This document shows positions 62,062 to 64,000 of a stretch of DNA of 64,000 nt, one piece after another. Numbering within the stretch: position 1 is the first letter of the stretch; the number at the start of each line of letters is the position of its first letter. The notes under the pieces are model-generated. The model searched no databases, had not been told where the DNA came from, and saw only the letters and a program-made list of their open reading frames with translations. The stretch is from Promethearchaeota archaeon. Its GTDB lineage: Archaea; Asgardarchaeota; Lokiarchaeia; Sigyniarchaeales; SOKP01. A program made the position numbers and the translations under genes. The DNA lies in contig JBHLNF010000001.1 in NCBI GenBank assembly GCA_048937405.1, positions 448,001-512,000 on the forward strand, read 5' to 3'.

Positions 62062-62415
62062 TTAATTTGTTACGATACATTTGTTAATTATTTCAAAAAT
62101 AGATGAAAATTCAACTTGATCCTCAGTAAGAATTATGATGATATTCCCAAGTATTTTGATCGATATTATATAAAAATTATCTGAATGGATGACGTTGAAA
62201 TCTGGAGCATGAACTCCAATTTCAGAAGTAATTTCTTCTGCTAATTCATACAATTGCGACATATTTAGCCCAATTGAGGATTTATTGAATTCTTCATTGA
62301 TATATGATTTAATTACAGCACCATTTTCAGATGTAATTAGAATAAAATAAACCTTGGCTCCAAAGGTTTTAATTAAATTATCGAGGACAAGGTCAAGTTG
62401 AAGTGTTGCTGTCAT
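62062..62415 (-). CDS. Roadblock/longin-like small protein
   Basis: FILITSENGAVIKS, central helix, then a beta-strand pattern; 117 aa. Confidence 0.6.
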   Translation of the reverse strand: MTATLQLDLVLDNLIKTFGAKVYFILITSENGAVIKSYINEEFNKSSIGLNMSQLYELAEEITSEIGVHAPDFNVIHSDNFYIISIKILGNIIIILTEDQVEFSSIFEIINKCIVTN

Positions 62416-62622
62416 TATGTTATATATAATATTTGGTATTAATAAATTTAGTAAGTTTTATGATAAAGCTTGTGATATTATTACTTGCTTTAAATATATA
62501 ATTTTAGGGATTAGTTGTAGTTTTATTACTAAATCTTGAATAAATAAAATTATCAGAAAAATTTAGCGAATAATAGTTTTAGTAGTATGCCAAACACGTA
62601 TAAAAAGACTTAATATTAGAAT

Positions 62623-63504
62623 TTAAATTTTGAAATACAGGTCAATCACTTGTTCAAAACTATGAAAAGGTGATAAATCCCCATTAAATTCAACCACATG
62701 AGAGTGGTAATATTTATCCATGAATTCTTCCATTACTAAGTGCATATATCTTTTTAAATTATCGGTATGGTTATCATTATTCACAATGTATGCAAAAATC
62801 ACATTGTTTTTAGTTTTCAAGAACATACGATATCCTCCTAGGTCAATATCTTCAAGCTTTAGCCCATATTCTTCTCTAGCAATGAAATCTTGCGAGTAAA
62901 TTAATATGGCTGATATAAAACCTGCGATTTGAAAGTTATTATTTGCCATATTCTGCCGATTTTTGTTAATCTTTGAAAAATACAAGAATCCTGCTTTATC
63001 TATGACAAAGATTCCAACTATCCCTTCTGCTTTTGGAATTTTTATAGCCTTTGTACAAATTTGTTCAATTTCAATTTTTGATAGATTAGTGGTCATACAC
63101 TTATATAATCGTTTTGAAAATTGATATAAATCATTGTATTTCATGGGATTCTCTATTTTATCAATGTAGGTCATTATTGTCTTATTATTTTCCTCTATTT
63201 CAAAGAAATGCATATATACATTAAGACTACCTATAGTATCTTTAATATACCCTTGTCTTTTTTCAAATATCAAGTCTTTATACAAATCAATTATCTTCAC
63301 TGTAAGTGTGATACCAATCCCTTTTTGAAAAAAAATTTCGATTTTTCCCCCAATATTCACCTTTGTTATACAAAAACCACGTAATTGAAAAATCTGGTTA
63401 TTTTCCTCTAAATTTTGGTAATTTTCATTAACAGTTATCATAGATTCTTGATATTTTTTTGTGCTAAATTTATCTTTTGTGTTAATAAAGTAATCATGTT
63501 TCAA
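62623..63504 (-). CDS. Protein with C-terminal longin-like domain
   Basis: IFVIDKAG.LYFSK, IAGFISAI, LEDIDLG, VIFAYIV, F.DKY. Confidence 0.7.
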   Translation of the reverse strand: MKHDYFINTKDKFSTKKYQESMITVNENYQNLEENNQIFQLRGFCITKVNIGGKIEIFFQKGIGITLTVKIIDLYKDLIFEKRQGYIKDTIGSLNVYMHFFEIEENNKTIMTYIDKIENPMKYNDLYQFSKRLYKCMTTNLSKIEIEQICTKAIKIPKAEGIVGIFVIDKAGFLYFSKINKNRQNMANNNFQIAGFISAILIYSQDFIAREEYGLKLEDIDLGGYRMFLKTKNNVIFAYIVNNDNHTDNLKRYMHLVMEEFMDKYYHSHVVEFNGDLSPFHSFEQVIDLYFKI

Positions 63505-63671
63505 CTATTTAAATTTAATTTATCAAATTAACAAAAATTTTTGACAACAAAAACATATCAAAGATTTTTTATATACTGGTTTTATTCTTCTTGTACTTTG
63601 TGAAATAAAATATGAAGATGGGTTTTAAAATTTATTCCTTAAAAATTAATATGAAATATATTGGAGTATTA

Positions 63672-63845
63672 TCATTTATGGATATATTTCTGTTTAATAT
63701 CAAAATCAGATAAATTAAAAGGTTTTAAAATCTTCTACTCCTTTTTGCCATTTTTTAAGACCCTCGGTGACATTTCCACGCCATATGGCCCTCTTTCCTT
63801 CTCGAATTTCTCCATTTCCCTTGTTTTTAGCAATTCTTGTGGGAT
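63672..63845 (-). pseudogene. Short frameshifted ORF
   Basis: After GAGGGGG, ATC-PQELLKTREMEKFEKE continues in another frame as RAIWRGNVTEGLKKWQKG; GC-richer than its surroundings. Confidence 0.4.
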
Positions 63846-64000
63846 TTTGTCCCCCTCTAAATCAATTTATTTTTTTACATATTTAGTAGTTTTTACACAT
63901 TTAATTTTTTTTGCACCAATATATTATTAAATAAAAAATAGTAAAAAAGGGATTTTATTTATTAAAATAGTCCTAAGTATTACTCTCTAATGAACATTTT

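Noticed and set aside
63661-63930. 89-aa plus-strand ORF
   Set aside because: No motif; the minus strand has the SD and more protein-like content.
1-64000. CRISPR arrays, transposases, integrases, rRNA genes
   Set aside because: No regularly spaced repeats or recognisable motifs found by eye.

Overview
Very AT-rich archaeal chromosomal segment. Gene content (archaeal ribosomal/translation cluster, TFB, Gar1, ArcS/RaSEA, CdhE, several roadblock and longin proteins, TPR/SNAP-like proteins) points to an Asgard archaeon, most likely Lokiarchaeia (inference, no database search run). It holds about 60 CDS: a TusA-IscS-IscU sulfur cluster, ABC and ECF Ni/Co transporters, RNase Z, archaeosine genes, ahcY, DnaG and a secE-ftsY-ribosomal protein cluster. 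It also holds tRNA-Gly(TCC) and a tRNA-Phe(GAA) with two non-canonical introns. Main unexplained signals: (1) a membrane-anchored protein gene with an in-frame UGA, directly followed by a eukaryote-type SECIS-like hairpin (candidate new selenoprotein; pseudogene not excluded); (2) a ~250-nt GC-enriched, multi-hairpin intergenic element inside a folliculin-like longin/roadblock cluster; (3) two or three TATA/long-stem/U-tract units that look like small RNA genes; (4) repeated apparent AUU/AUA/AUC start codons, including rpS26e; (5) an IscU fused to a degenerate thioredoxin-reductase domain; (6) a 3-kb insertion flanked by a duplicated ahcY 3' end. No CRISPR array, rRNA gene or transposase was seen.
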